In this document: positions 29,334-39,486 of the stretch, piece by piece
Layout: every line of letters begins with the position of its first letter
Numbering within the stretch: position 1 is the first letter of the stretch
Source: a virus
Strand: one strand, 5' to 3'
Virus record (IMG/VR): IMGVR_UViG_3300026521_000471
Span: 122,518-186,517 of that record
Length of the DNA stretch: 64,000 nucleotides
The notes under the pieces: generated by a model
Seen by the model: only the letters and a program-made list of their open reading frames with translations
Database searches by the model: none
Told to the model about the DNA's origin: nothing
Made by a program: the position numbers and the translations under genes

Positions 29334-31511
29334 ATGGATGTTAAATATTTTTTAGAAAAATTAGGAAGTTTATTAATTATTGGATTTGTTATTATATCCA
29401 CGTCTATTATACTTTATTTTAGCTATAAGTCAAATAATAAAGATATTATGGATGACATTGACAATAATTTACGCCACGAATTGATTATTTTATCTATTGC
29501 GTCCGAAGATTTGTTTAACAAATATAACAATATACTTACAATGTTAGGGGATAATATTTTATCCAAAGATAATAAACAAAAATATTTAGATACAGCATTA
29601 AAATTAGAAACTGATGCAGTGGGCTATGGTTTTATATCACCCGAAGGTAATATATTAATTAACTCCTCAAACGTCGATATAAAGAAGATCTCTAATTTTA
29701 TCTCCAACCCCAAAACTAAAGGAACATTTCTTAAAACTATAAAATCAAAATCATCAATTTTAGGACGGTCATATTTATTTAAACCGACAAATCAATTAAT
29801 TGTACCAATAAGAAAAAGTATTAGGAAAAATTCAAAAGTATATGGTGTACTAGCGGTAGGCATTAATATAAATAAGTCGTTTTCTAATTTATTTACAAAT
29901 AAAATACATAACAATTCTATAATTTTATTAATCAAAAATAACTCAGCTAGAATTCAATATTCAAACGATAATACGTTCGAAATAGATTCTATTTTAAAAA
30001 CCGATAATCCTCGACTTTTTAAAACTATAAATCAAATGACATTGACTAATACATCATTAAATAATATAAAATATAGGGTAGGTGTAAAATTTATTGAAAA
30101 ATACAATCTATGGCTTGTTATAGGCTTTCCTTCAAAAGTTATATCTTCATTAAAAAATGAATGGTTAATAAATGCTGTATCTATATGGTTTGTTTTTAAC
30201 GTAAGTTTTATTATAATGATATTAATTATTAATAAGATTAATAACGATCGGAAAAATGAATTGGAATATATTTCTATACATGATCCATTAACACATATTG
30301 GAAATAGATATTATTTAAATAAGAAAATAGTCGATTACGAAGAATATAGTATGCTATTTTTAGATCTAGACAATTTTAAATTTATAAATGATAACTTCGG
30401 ACATAATTACGGAGATAAATTTTTAGTTTCTATAGCAACAGAACTTAAAAAAAATATTTCTGCTGATGATTTATTAATACGTTTTAGTGGTGATGAATTT
30501 ATAATTATTACTAGGGAAATGAATAAAGATAAATTATTAAGTTTTGCTAAAAGATTATTGAATATGACTAATGAGAAATTTAAATATGAGCATAAGACAA
30601 CCATGAGTATTGGTATTGCACAACGAGAGGGATCTGAAGATCTACATAATGTAAAATATAAAGCAGATTTAGCTTTATATATAGCAAAAGAAGAACTAAA
30701 CACCATTATATTCTATGATAAAAATATAGAAGAATCATTTAAAGAAGAACATTTAATAGAAAATGAACTATTAGAAGGTATTATTTTAAAAGAAATTTTC
30801 ATGGTTTATCAACCACAATTAAATACTAAAAATAAAATCGTAGGAATAGAAGCATTAGTTCGATGGAATAATTCAAAGTTAGGTTATATAAATCCCGAGA
30901 CATTTATCAAAATCGCTGAAAAAAATGGAAATATGATAATTTTAGGTGATCATATATTAAATCAAGTTTTTAGTGATATTAATACATTTAAAAATATAAT
31001 TCCAGATAATTTTAATATATCTATTAATATTTCTGTTAAACAATTTATGGAAGATAACTTTGTACAAAAATTAAAGGATAAATTATACCAATATAAAGTC
31101 AATCCAAATAATATCACATTAGAAGTAACAGAAAATATATTTATTTTAGATTTAAACTATATGGAACAAATAATAAATGATTTGCATACATTGGGTGTAA
31201 AAATTTCTATTGATGATTTTGGAACAGGATACTCTTCTTTATCTTCTGTTAAACATCTGACTATTGATGAAATAAAGATTGATAAATCTTTTGTAGATAA
31301 TATTGAAAACGACCATAGTTCCAAAAGTATGGCTGAAGTAATTATTAAAATGAGTAAAATTTTTAATACCATTATTTTAGCTGAAGGTATAGAAAATATC
31401 AAACAAAAAGAAATTCTTGATAACTTAGGGTGCGATTTCTACCAAGGATATTACTTTTCAAAACCTTTACCATTAACAAAATTAAAAGAGTTCATAAAAA
31501 ATAATATTTAA
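29334..31511 (+). CDS. membrane-anchored sensor protein with GGDEF (SGDEF variant) and EAL domains (c-di-GMP cyclase/phosphodiesterase family)
   Basis: Two predicted transmembrane segments flank a ~250-aa extracytoplasmic region. GGDEF domain: HDPLTHIGNRYYL, LDLDNFKFINDNFGHNYGDKFL, RFSGDEF. EAL domain: EALVRW, LEVTENI, DDFGTGYSS, KIDKSFV, AEGIEN, QGYYFSKP. Confidence 0.8.
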   Translation: MDVKYFLEKLGSLLIIGFVIISTSIILYFSYKSNNKDIMDDIDNNLRHELIILSIASEDLFNKYNNILTMLGDNILSKDNKQKYLDTALKLETDAVGYGFISPEGNILINSSNVDIKKISNFISNPKTKGTFLKTIKSKSSILGRSYLFKPTNQLIVPIRKSIRKNSKVYGVLAVGININKSFSNLFTNKIHNNSIILLIKNNSARIQYSNDNTFEIDSILKTDNPRLFKTINQMTLTNTSLNNIKYRVGVKFIEKYNLWLVIGFPSKVISSLKNEWLINAVSIWFVFNVSFIIMILIINKINNDRKNELEYISIHDPLTHIGNRYYLNKKIVDYEEYSMLFLDLDNFKFINDNFGHNYGDKFLVSIATELKKNISADDLLIRFSGDEFIIITREMNKDKLLSFAKRLLNMTNEKFKYEHKTTMSIGIAQREGSEDLHNVKYKADLALYIAKEELNTIIFYDKNIEESFKEEHLIENELLEGIILKEIFMVYQPQLNTKNKIVGIEALVRWNNSKLGYINPETFIKIAEKNGNMIILGDHILNQVFSDINTFKNIIPDNFNISINISVKQFMEDNFVQKLKDKLYQYKVNPNNITLEVTENIFILDLNYMEQIINDLHTLGVKISIDDFGTGYSSLSSVKHLTIDEIKIDKSFVDNIENDHSSKSMAEVIIKMSKIFNTIILAEGIENIKQKEILDNLGCDFYQGYYFSKPLPLTKLKEFIKNNI

Positions 31512-31568
31512 GTTAATTATAAGTTTATTTTGTATATAATAAAACCTAATAAAAATTTAGGAGTTAGA

Positions 31569-32492
31569 ATGGAAAAACTTATGAAGACCATTGGATGGTC
31601 AGTAGTACTAGGTATTGGCCTTGTTATAATCTTAGGATTTATGGCAATCACAAAAACTGGATTTGCAATTGTAAATGACGGTGAAAGAGGCGTTATGAAA
31701 ACAGGTACAAAATATGATATGACGGAAGTACAACCCGGTTATCATTTCTTTATACCAATCTATCAGAGTATTGAGATAGACACGATTCGTCCAAAACTTA
31801 TTAATTATTCAAGAACAGAAGCAAACAAAGAAGATTCTGAATTACTTATTTTTGAACCGGTTCTTAAAGGTTTAGATAAAAAAGGTATTCCTATTGAGTT
31901 AGCTTTAAGTATTGAAGTAAAACCCGTAGCAGATCAACTAGCTGAAATGTATAAGAATGATGGTGATTTTGAAAATGCATTCTATAAAAAAGTTAAGCAG
32001 GTAAATAGAGAGGCCGTACAAGCTACAATTTCTAGATTTAGTGTTGATACTATTATGGATAAAAGACCTGAAGTTGAAAAGTATCTTACAGAAAAACTTA
32101 ATGAAAGTTACTCTAAAAACCCATATTTTAAATTGGTAAATATCAATCTTAAAGATATTATAGTGCCAAAAGAGATCGCTGATAAGATGTTAGAAGTTCA
32201 ATCGGCTAAACAAGATGCTCTCAAATCACAAGAGTTAATTAAGAAAGCACAAAATGAAGCTAAAGCGAGAGAAGCTAAAGCTCAAGGTGAAGCTAATGCA
32301 GTTAAAATTGCGGCACAAGGTAGAGCTGATGCTATTTTAGTCGAGGCTAATGCCCAATCAAAAGCTAATAAATTACTTAGTGCATCATTAACTGATAAGG
32401 TTATTAAAATTCAAACCGTTGAAAAGTGGAATGGTTCTGTACCTACTTATGTTGGTGGAGAAAATTCACAATTTATTATGGATATGAAATAA
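31569..32492 (+). CDS. SPFH / band-7 domain protein (HflC/prohibitin-like)
   Basis: The ORF-track start at 31530 is a TTG inside the TGTATATAAT promoter. ATG 31569 follows TTAGGAG. One N-terminal transmembrane helix, an SPFH core, and an Ala/Lys-rich coiled C-terminus (KAQGEANAVKIAAQGRADAILVEANAQ). Confidence 0.7.
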   Translation: MEKLMKTIGWSVVLGIGLVIILGFMAITKTGFAIVNDGERGVMKTGTKYDMTEVQPGYHFFIPIYQSIEIDTIRPKLINYSRTEANKEDSELLIFEPVLKGLDKKGIPIELALSIEVKPVADQLAEMYKNDGDFENAFYKKVKQVNREAVQATISRFSVDTIMDKRPEVEKYLTEKLNESYSKNPYFKLVNINLKDIIVPKEIADKMLEVQSAKQDALKSQELIKKAQNEAKAREAKAQGEANAVKIAAQGRADAILVEANAQSKANKLLSASLTDKVIKIQTVEKWNGSVPTYVGGENSQFIMDMK

Positions 32493-32582
32493 TCCTTACA
32501 ACTAAATATCTAGGTTTTTAACCTAGATACCTCTCTTTATACTAATCCCTAATAAACCCATATAAATAAATTAAAAATATGG

Positions 32583-32786
32583 ATGTATAGAATGAAAAAA
32601 CAATTTACATACCAAAATAATATTTTAGCATTTCCTTGCGGTATTGAAGTTGAAATCAACAAACAGAAACTCAAAGACATTTATAAAATCTTTAAATTGG
32701 AAAATGAATTTGAAGAAATGATTAAAATAGGTTATAGTGAAATACCCCAATGGGCTGCTTCTCAAATTAGACAATATCTAACATAA
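32583..32786 (+). CDS. hypothetical small protein
   Basis: ORF track. Confidence 0.3.
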   Translation: MYRMKKQFTYQNNILAFPCGIEVEINKQKLKDIYKIFKLENEFEEMIKIGYSEIPQWAASQIRQYLT

Positions 32787-32824
32787 AAATTGTATAATAA
32801 AAAGAAACAATTAAGGAGTATATT

Positions 32825-33940
32825 TTGGCTTTACCAAAAAAGAAAAAAATTTTTTCTATCCCACTTAACCCGTACACTTCAAAAGAAGACTTTGAAAACA
32901 TCTTTGTTCCATTCTTAAAAAAGAATGCCGATTGGATTTATGATGTATATTTTACAAGTAGAATCCCACCATTTATGCAAGATGCAATGGGAGCAAATTT
33001 TGATAATAATTCATTAGTACAAATTTTTAATAATGCTATGGCATTAGAACAAGCTACAGGAGTTAGAGTTTCAGCAACTTTCAATAATGTTAATGTTCCA
33101 CCTACTGCAGAGAATTTAGAAATATTTTGTTCAAATCTACAATTTTTATATGATGCAGGACTCAGAAGCATGACACAACCACACAATCATTGGATGATGA
33201 CCGGTGTATTTAAAGAAAAATTTCCCGAATTACAAGTAAAGAATACAGTTTTAAAAAGAGTTGCTACAGCACAAGACTTTTGGACTGCATGTGAAGCAGG
33301 TTATGATTATATTAATATTGATAGAATTCTTTTGCGTGATGAAGAAATGCTAAAGAGAATTAAAAAAGCCCAACTTAAATTTGAAAAAGAAACTGGAAAA
33401 TATGTACCTATCGCATTACTTGCTAATGAAGGGTGTAGAGGTAAATGTCCGGTAATGAATGAACATTATACAATTAATAATGCTAGTGGTAGCAAACAAC
33501 CAGGAACAGACAAACCATATTTTTATCAAAAAATTAGTGAAGTTAGTTGCCCTAAATGGAGATTAGAAGATCCTGCTTATTCATTCAAAATAGGCAACAT
33601 ACCACCATATCGAGAAGATTTTGAAAGACTTTTAGAGTATGTAGATGTAATAAAAACTCATGGTAGAGAAGGGTTTGGACTACTAAATGATACTATCAAA
33701 TTCATTGAGAGTTATATTAATGGTGATGAAGAATTACATGACATTTCAATTAGAGGTCAAATTGAAGATTTAAAAGTCGACCAAAATAAATTGCAATTAT
33801 GGCGAAAACATATTAGAACGTGTCAATTTGAATGTTGGGATTGTCATCTTTGTGATGAACTAGTAGCATCAGCTCAAAAAAAGAAGGATAAAGATTTAGG
33901 TACATCAATAGATGATTTAATAAATTCATATGAAGGATAA
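32825..33940 (+). CDS. hypothetical Cys-rich protein (possible TIM-barrel/metalloenzyme)
   Basis: TTG start after AAGGAG (6-nt spacer). Cys clusters CRGKCPV...C and CQFECWDCHLC. Confidence 0.45.
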   Translation: MALPKKKKIFSIPLNPYTSKEDFENIFVPFLKKNADWIYDVYFTSRIPPFMQDAMGANFDNNSLVQIFNNAMALEQATGVRVSATFNNVNVPPTAENLEIFCSNLQFLYDAGLRSMTQPHNHWMMTGVFKEKFPELQVKNTVLKRVATAQDFWTACEAGYDYINIDRILLRDEEMLKRIKKAQLKFEKETGKYVPIALLANEGCRGKCPVMNEHYTINNASGSKQPGTDKPYFYQKISEVSCPKWRLEDPAYSFKIGNIPPYREDFERLLEYVDVIKTHGREGFGLLNDTIKFIESYINGDEELHDISIRGQIEDLKVDQNKLQLWRKHIRTCQFECWDCHLCDELVASAQKKKDKDLGTSIDDLINSYEG

Positions 33941-34202
33941 CATTATGATTAAGATAATTTCAAAATATGATGATAATTCATCATTAGATTTTTTAGCGAC
34001 TAAATGTAATTATGAAGTTGTTATAAGTACTATTGATGATACAACACAATCCACTATATGTGATGGTAAAGATGCAGGACTAAAAGCATTAGAAGTAATT
34101 GATCAATATAAATTGCTTTCTGATAGTAATCCTCCTTTCCCATTCATAGAATCGACAATAGTAAAATATCTTGCTCCATTAATTAATAAGATAGGTTTAT
34201 AA
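33930..34202 (+). CDS. hypothetical small protein
   Basis: ORF track. Confidence 0.35.
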   Translation: MKDNIMIKIISKYDDNSSLDFLATKCNYEVVISTIDDTTQSTICDGKDAGLKALEVIDQYKLLSDSNPPFPFIESTIVKYLAPLINKIGL

Positions 34203-34204
34203 TT

Positions 34205-34816
34205 ATGAGTGTTTTACTTGGAAGTAAGATTATAGAAGAAGTATCTAATGGGAAAATTATCATTGAACCATTCAATAAATCTTTTGTAGGACCAAATTCT
34301 ATTGATATAACATTAGCTAATAAACTAATTACATATGAACATTGTGAAATTAGAAAAATTGATGGGGAATATACTGTTGTACCCGCAAAAATATTTGGTT
34401 ATCAAGAGCCTATTATTGATATGGCTAAAGAAAATACAACGTATGAATTAAAAATTCCGGAAGAAGGATTAGTACTTTCTCCAAATATTCTATATTTAGG
34501 AAGTACAAATGAAAAGGCAGGAAGTGATTATTATGTCCCAATGTATGAAGGTCGTAGCTCAATGGCTCGATTAGGAATACAATCTCATGTTTCTGCAGGA
34601 TTTGGGGATATTTTTTTTAAAAGTAATTGGACCTTAGAAATAACAGTAGTACATAAAACAAAGATATACCCAAATTGTCGAATTGGACAAGTATATTTTC
34701 ATGAAGTAAATGAATTAGAAAGAAGAGATTTAATTAAAATGAAAAAATACTACCAAGGAAAATATTCAGACCAGATAGGTCCTCAAAAATCTAAATCATA
34801 TTTAGATTTTCAATAA
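34205..34816 (+). CDS. dCTP deaminase / dUTPase-superfamily protein (Dcd-like)
   Basis: IIIEPF...NSIDITL...YEGRSSMARLGIQSHVSAGFGD matches the Dcd signature (GRSSLARLGL, trimeric dUTPase fold). Confidence 0.7.
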   Translation: MSVLLGSKIIEEVSNGKIIIEPFNKSFVGPNSIDITLANKLITYEHCEIRKIDGEYTVVPAKIFGYQEPIIDMAKENTTYELKIPEEGLVLSPNILYLGSTNEKAGSDYYVPMYEGRSSMARLGIQSHVSAGFGDIFFKSNWTLEITVVHKTKIYPNCRIGQVYFHEVNELERRDLIKMKKYYQGKYSDQIGPQKSKSYLDFQ

Positions 34817-34840
34817 ATAAAATAAAAAAGGAGATTTACT

Positions 34841-35755
34841 ATGGCAGTAATTCAAAATATATTCAAAAATCTTGAATACAAATTAAATATGACCGAAGAA
34901 ATAAAACTTTTCAAATGGTCAAATAAAAATATTAAAGAAAAATTAGCGGAATTAATGGATTGGAATGAACAATATTCACCAGAAGCAGTTATTGTTAAAG
35001 CAGCTGAGCAAATTTTAGAATTAAATTATCCTAATGATTATTTAAAGTATTCTGCTATGCAGCAAAAATTTAAACACTCACATCCATTTTATATTGAAAA
35101 TACCGTTGATGATGTATCGGGATTTATTGATTGGGTGAATAGTGTATTTGACCATTTTGATGGGCTTCAAGAAGGTTTATTAGGTGGATTAGTAGTAACT
35201 CCAGCTATTGAGGGGTCTATGATTTCATGCGAATATGAAAAAGGGAAACTTGTAAGAGTACTTAACAAGGGTGATGGAGATGACGCAGAGATGATTATTA
35301 ATATGATGGATTTATCATCAATCCCACAAGAAATTTCAGTTAAGAAAAATATAGCTGTTAGAGGAATAGTCACCCTTAAAGATCCAAATAAAAAGAATAA
35401 AGGACAAACTGTTACATCGGCTGTTAATTCAATAATGTTTGCAGATAATGCTGATGATAGTAATCTAGTATTCATACCTAATGAATGGCTTGCTGCTGAC
35501 GGTAAATGGCAGAATACTTCAAAAACATATCAAATACTTAAAGATAATGGATTTATTGTTCCAGCAGTACATAAGGCTGCACAAGTTATTGAGGCTCTTG
35601 AAAAATATGAAGAATACATTGCAACAGATTTTGGTTATGAATTAATGGGTTGTAGAATTGAAGTAGAAAAATCAGATACAATTAATGAGCTTATTGACAT
35701 TATGAAAGAAGAAAATCTTTCAGATTATCAACATAAAATAATTTTGATGGGATAA
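34841..35755 (+). CDS. hypothetical protein
   Basis: ORF track; AAAAGGAG ribosome-binding site. Confidence 0.45.
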   Translation: MAVIQNIFKNLEYKLNMTEEIKLFKWSNKNIKEKLAELMDWNEQYSPEAVIVKAAEQILELNYPNDYLKYSAMQQKFKHSHPFYIENTVDDVSGFIDWVNSVFDHFDGLQEGLLGGLVVTPAIEGSMISCEYEKGKLVRVLNKGDGDDAEMIINMMDLSSIPQEISVKKNIAVRGIVTLKDPNKKNKGQTVTSAVNSIMFADNADDSNLVFIPNEWLAADGKWQNTSKTYQILKDNGFIVPAVHKAAQVIEALEKYEEYIATDFGYELMGCRIEVEKSDTINELIDIMKEENLSDYQHKIILMG

Positions 35756-35768
35756 AGGTTTTATACCT

Positions 35769-36050
35769 TTATCCATTATATCTGAATGGTTCACTATCAA
35801 TCGTTATTGTCCCTTCAGATGAATCTGTATCTCCTGCAAATAATGAATCCTCTTTATTTTCACCATCTTGAATGAATGTCCATATTAATGTATTACCTTT
35901 AGTTTTAAATTTCAAATTTTTAATTTCGATACCTAATTCTTCAGCATACTCAATTAAACTATCTTTTATATCAGCCTTAACCGCTTCCAATCCCTTATAA
36001 TCATTTTTAACTTCTACACTATTACTCTCTAGTAAATCCTTTAATTTCAT
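35769..36050 (-). CDS. hypothetical protein
   Basis: ORF track; part of a 4-gene minus-strand block. Confidence 0.4.
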   Translation of the reverse strand: MKLKDLLESNSVEVKNDYKGLEAVKADIKDSLIEYAEELGIEIKNLKFKTKGNTLIWTFIQDGENKEDSLFAGDTDSSEGTITIDSEPFRYNG

Positions 36051-36337
36051 TTGTTCTTCTCCTTATTTAATTTTTTATTTTTACCCCATTTTTTAAAAGT
36101 TTTAGCTAGGGTCGCTCTTTTTTTTAATAATACCGCTTCATCATGATCTTTCTTTGAAGCTTTAGGATTATTTATAATTTTATCAGCTTTTTCAATAGCT
36201 GTTTTAATACAATCATAAGATGTTTTTCTAAATCCCATATCTTCACATTGTTGAGTAAAAGCTCCAACTGTTCCTTTTTTCTTCATAGATTTAGCTACAT
36301 CTTGAGCCCACCATTCATTTAATTGTTTTAATTTCAC
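36047..36337 (-). CDS. hypothetical basic protein
   Basis: ORF track. Confidence 0.4.
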   Translation of the reverse strand: MKLKQLNEWWAQDVAKSMKKKGTVGAFTQQCEDMGFRKTSYDCIKTAIEKADKIINNPKASKKDHDEAVLLKKRATLAKTFKKWGKNKKLNKEKNK

Positions 36338-36346
36338 TTTGTACTC

Positions 36347-36901
36347 CTAAAATATAAATATTTCTTTAATTTCTGGCATTAACTCAGCAATATCACTACT
36401 AACAATCTCAGTCAAATTCTTATCTACATAATTAATAAACTCGTTAATAAGTATTTTTGACTCCTTAATCATTTTATTTACTTGTTCTTCTTCAGGTTTA
36501 TCCTCTATACCTTCAAATAAATAAAGGGCTGAAGTATCCAATTTATTATATATGGCATTCATAATTTGGTTATTTGTTTTTGAACCTATTTTAGAACCAA
36601 ACATTAATGAACCTTTCAAATATCGTTCTCCAGGCGATCTAAAAGCAGACCCCATCCTAGTAACTGATATACCAAATTTAAAATATATTTGTAATGGATT
36701 CTTATCTGGAAATGCTGAAAACTCATAAATTATATCTAATGTATCATTCCAACCTGTTCTAAGTTCTATTGCTTCGATACTAATACCATAATCTTTAAAA
36801 GAATTATCTATTTGAACTAAAAATTCATCTTTTGATTTTTTTAAATAAAAATATTGTATATCCTTACTGGGAAACATACCCAAATTATTGATAAATTCCA
36901 T
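36347..36901 (-). CDS. hypothetical protein
   Basis: ORF track. Confidence 0.4.
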   Translation of the reverse strand: MEFINNLGMFPSKDIQYFYLKKSKDEFLVQIDNSFKDYGISIEAIELRTGWNDTLDIIYEFSAFPDKNPLQIYFKFGISVTRMGSAFRSPGERYLKGSLMFGSKIGSKTNNQIMNAIYNKLDTSALYLFEGIEDKPEEEQVNKMIKESKILINEFINYVDKNLTEIVSSDIAELMPEIKEIFIF

Positions 36902-37143
36902 TATATTTCCTGGATTATTATAGTATTCATACCTAAATAAGAGATACTATATTTTCTCATTAGAGATGGTATAGAATTCATATCATCAACTATATTTTTA
37001 ACTCTTTTCGATGGTAATGATACATCAATTTCGTACCCATTTGACTTTTTAAAGTATTTAACTTTTAAATTATTATTTTTAAAATATTCTTCAATATCAC
37101 TTATTTTAGATTCATTTATCTTCAATATATTCTTTAATAGCAT
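36901..37143 (-). CDS. hypothetical small protein
   Basis: ORF track. Confidence 0.35.
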   Translation of the reverse strand: MLLKNILKINESKISDIEEYFKNNNLKVKYFKKSNGYEIDVSLPSKRVKNIVDDMNSIPSLMRKYSISYLGMNTIIIQEI

Positions 37144-37252
37144 AGTATTTTAACCTTTTTTTCTTTTATTTATTAAAAAATTACTTTTTAGTACCAAAAT
37201 TATAATTAATTTTGTAAAGTAATCTAAAAGAACTATATTTTAAAGGCATAAT

Positions 37253-37807
37253 ATGATAATTAAAAAACATAGAAATAATTTAAATCTATTGAACTGCTCT
37301 AAAGAAGAAATGGAAAAGATACTTACTTTTCTAGAAAATGATATGGATACTTCACTAAAAATAGAAGAATATCCGACATGGGATAAATGGAGTGATCATA
37401 TTAATATTATGGATCATGCCAATTCTTTAGGCGATATTTCCGAATTTAAACGTTCGGGAGTATATAAAATATACCATAAGAAAAAACTTATATATATTGG
37501 TGAAACTAGATGTGATGGTTCATTAAGTACTAAAGATCATAAAGTTAGAAATGGTATGTGGGCTAGAAGAGGAGATTTTAGAAGTACAGCGTTAAGTAAT
37601 GGGACTGTTAAAAACCCATATGGTAATGCTTTATCATTTCTTGAAAAGTTTGGGGTAGATGAATTAAAAAATGTAACTCATAGATTCCATGTTGTATCAC
37701 CAGAATTTTGTCTTGAAGCTGAAACAGATTTATTACAGCAATATTATGATAAACACAAAACATTACCAATATTACAAACCGAAATCGATTATAAGCGTGT
37801 TCAGTAA
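37253..37807 (+). CDS. GIY-YIG domain nuclease (possible second homing endonuclease)
   Basis: SGVYKIYHKKKLIYIGETR... is a GIY-YIG motif pair with a downstream Arg and Asn. Confidence 0.5.
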   Translation: MIIKKHRNNLNLLNCSKEEMEKILTFLENDMDTSLKIEEYPTWDKWSDHINIMDHANSLGDISEFKRSGVYKIYHKKKLIYIGETRCDGSLSTKDHKVRNGMWARRGDFRSTALSNGTVKNPYGNALSFLEKFGVDELKNVTHRFHVVSPEFCLEAETDLLQQYYDKHKTLPILQTEIDYKRVQ

Positions 37808-37855
37808 TTTTTAAATAAAATGTAAAATATTACTATAATCAATTAAAGGCTTAAA

Positions 37856-38881
37856 ATGAAATATGAATGTATAATGGATTTTGCATTAACCGATAATAAG
37901 GTTGGCGATATAGTAAATATTGAAAAAACGAATGCCGGATACTTAGTAAATGATATTGAAATATTAGATTCTGAATCAACATACAAATATTTTAAAAAAA
38001 GAAAAATCCCAGGTTTTAACCATGCACCATTTAGCCATTCAAAAATGGAGACATGGGCTAGTTGTCCTAAAAAATTTGAATTTAATTACATCATTCGTCC
38101 ACCTAGGGAATCTACACCCAACCCTATTTTAGAAAAAGGAACTTTATTTCACGCTGTTTTAGAGTTTGATATGGTAGATAAACTTGATGATTTTGATATT
38201 CCTGATAATTTTGAGGCTCTGTCTCGTGATGATTGTGGAAAAATTATTACTCAAGCATTAGAATTTTCAGAAAATTCAGAAATTTACCAATGGATTAAAA
38301 ATCTAAAAGGTAAAAAAGTACCAGAACAAGAAATGTTCCTTGGACCAAATCTTGAACCTGTAGAATGTTTAGAAGATTCTTTAATACGAGGCTTTATAGA
38401 CTTAATAATTTGGGATGATGAAACTGGTTCGTGTTATATATTTGATTGGAAAACAGGCGGCAAATCAAAAGAGGCTCTAAAAAAGTGGCCTAAATCAAAA
38501 GACCAATTAGAATTATATGCCATTTGGGCTCATGAAGTTTATGGTGCTAGTTATATAGAAACTGCGTTTGTTTATGTAGAACATAATCATATGGCTAAAT
38601 ATACATTTGAATCTAAAGATATTCCTATACTCAAAAAAAAGTTTTTAAATAAAATAAATAATATTGAAAAAGATAAAACTTTTAATAAATCTATATCACA
38701 ACTTTGTGCATGGTGCGATTTTAAAGAATTATGCTTAGGTATTCCAGCAGATAAAAATCCAAGAGAAATAACTAAGGATGAAATATTTTCCGCAGCTAAA
38801 GGTACACCTAAAAAAAATAAATCAAATTCTAAAAATACTGCTTTCTTAAATAAAATTAGAAAAGGTCGAAATAAAGAATGA
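37856..38881 (+). CDS. PD-(D/E)xK nuclease of the Cas4/RecB-nuclease family (4-Cys cluster)
   Basis: GFIDLIIWDDETGSCYIFDWKTGG (D...D.K motif), N-terminal CPKKF Cys, and C-terminal CAWCDFKELC. Confidence 0.6.
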   Translation: MKYECIMDFALTDNKVGDIVNIEKTNAGYLVNDIEILDSESTYKYFKKRKIPGFNHAPFSHSKMETWASCPKKFEFNYIIRPPRESTPNPILEKGTLFHAVLEFDMVDKLDDFDIPDNFEALSRDDCGKIITQALEFSENSEIYQWIKNLKGKKVPEQEMFLGPNLEPVECLEDSLIRGFIDLIIWDDETGSCYIFDWKTGGKSKEALKKWPKSKDQLELYAIWAHEVYGASYIETAFVYVEHNHMAKYTFESKDIPILKKKFLNKINNIEKDKTFNKSISQLCAWCDFKELCLGIPADKNPREITKDEIFSAAKGTPKKNKSNSKNTAFLNKIRKGRNKE

Positions 38882-39486
38882 AACTCGAAACATTAATTTC
38901 AACAGTTAAAGATAAAATTATATACAAAATGGATTTCTATCAATCTATTATTATTATTAATGTTCCAAAGCAAAAAATTTTAAATAAAGGTACTATAATT
39001 TTTTTGCTAAATAAACAATCAGGTGTATTATCTGGAGAATGGTTTAATAATAAAAATAGCAATATAAAATTATTTGGAATTCTAAATAATAAATTTATAA
39101 AATCCATATTAAAAAATAAAAAATTAAGATTATTAAATAGTATCTTACCTGATGTATTAGTCAATAAAGATTTTATAATAGAATATAAATTTCTTTCACC
39201 AGAAGAGAAAAAATTATTGAAAGAGTATATAATATCTTCTGAAGAACAAATACACAACAAGTATATGACATTTGATAATAAATTTAATAAAGTCTCTTGG
39301 GAACAAAGCATTAAACTATCTTCTAACTATTTTGTAGAATGGTGTAAAGATAGCTCAAATATACAAGATTGTATTAAAAATGCAATCAACATTGCTAATA
39401 AAAATTTAGATATAAATTTAAAACGCAGAGCAATTTTAAATAAATGTTTTATAGATATTAGAAAATGGAGAGAAAAAAATGGCTAA
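38878..39486 (+). CDS. hypothetical protein
   Basis: ORF track. Confidence 0.4.
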   Translation: MKLETLISTVKDKIIYKMDFYQSIIIINVPKQKILNKGTIIFLLNKQSGVLSGEWFNNKNSNIKLFGILNNKFIKSILKNKKLRLLNSILPDVLVNKDFIIEYKFLSPEEKKLLKEYIISSEEQIHNKYMTFDNKFNKVSWEQSIKLSSNYFVEWCKDSSNIQDCIKNAINIANKNLDINLKRRAILNKCFIDIRKWREKNG

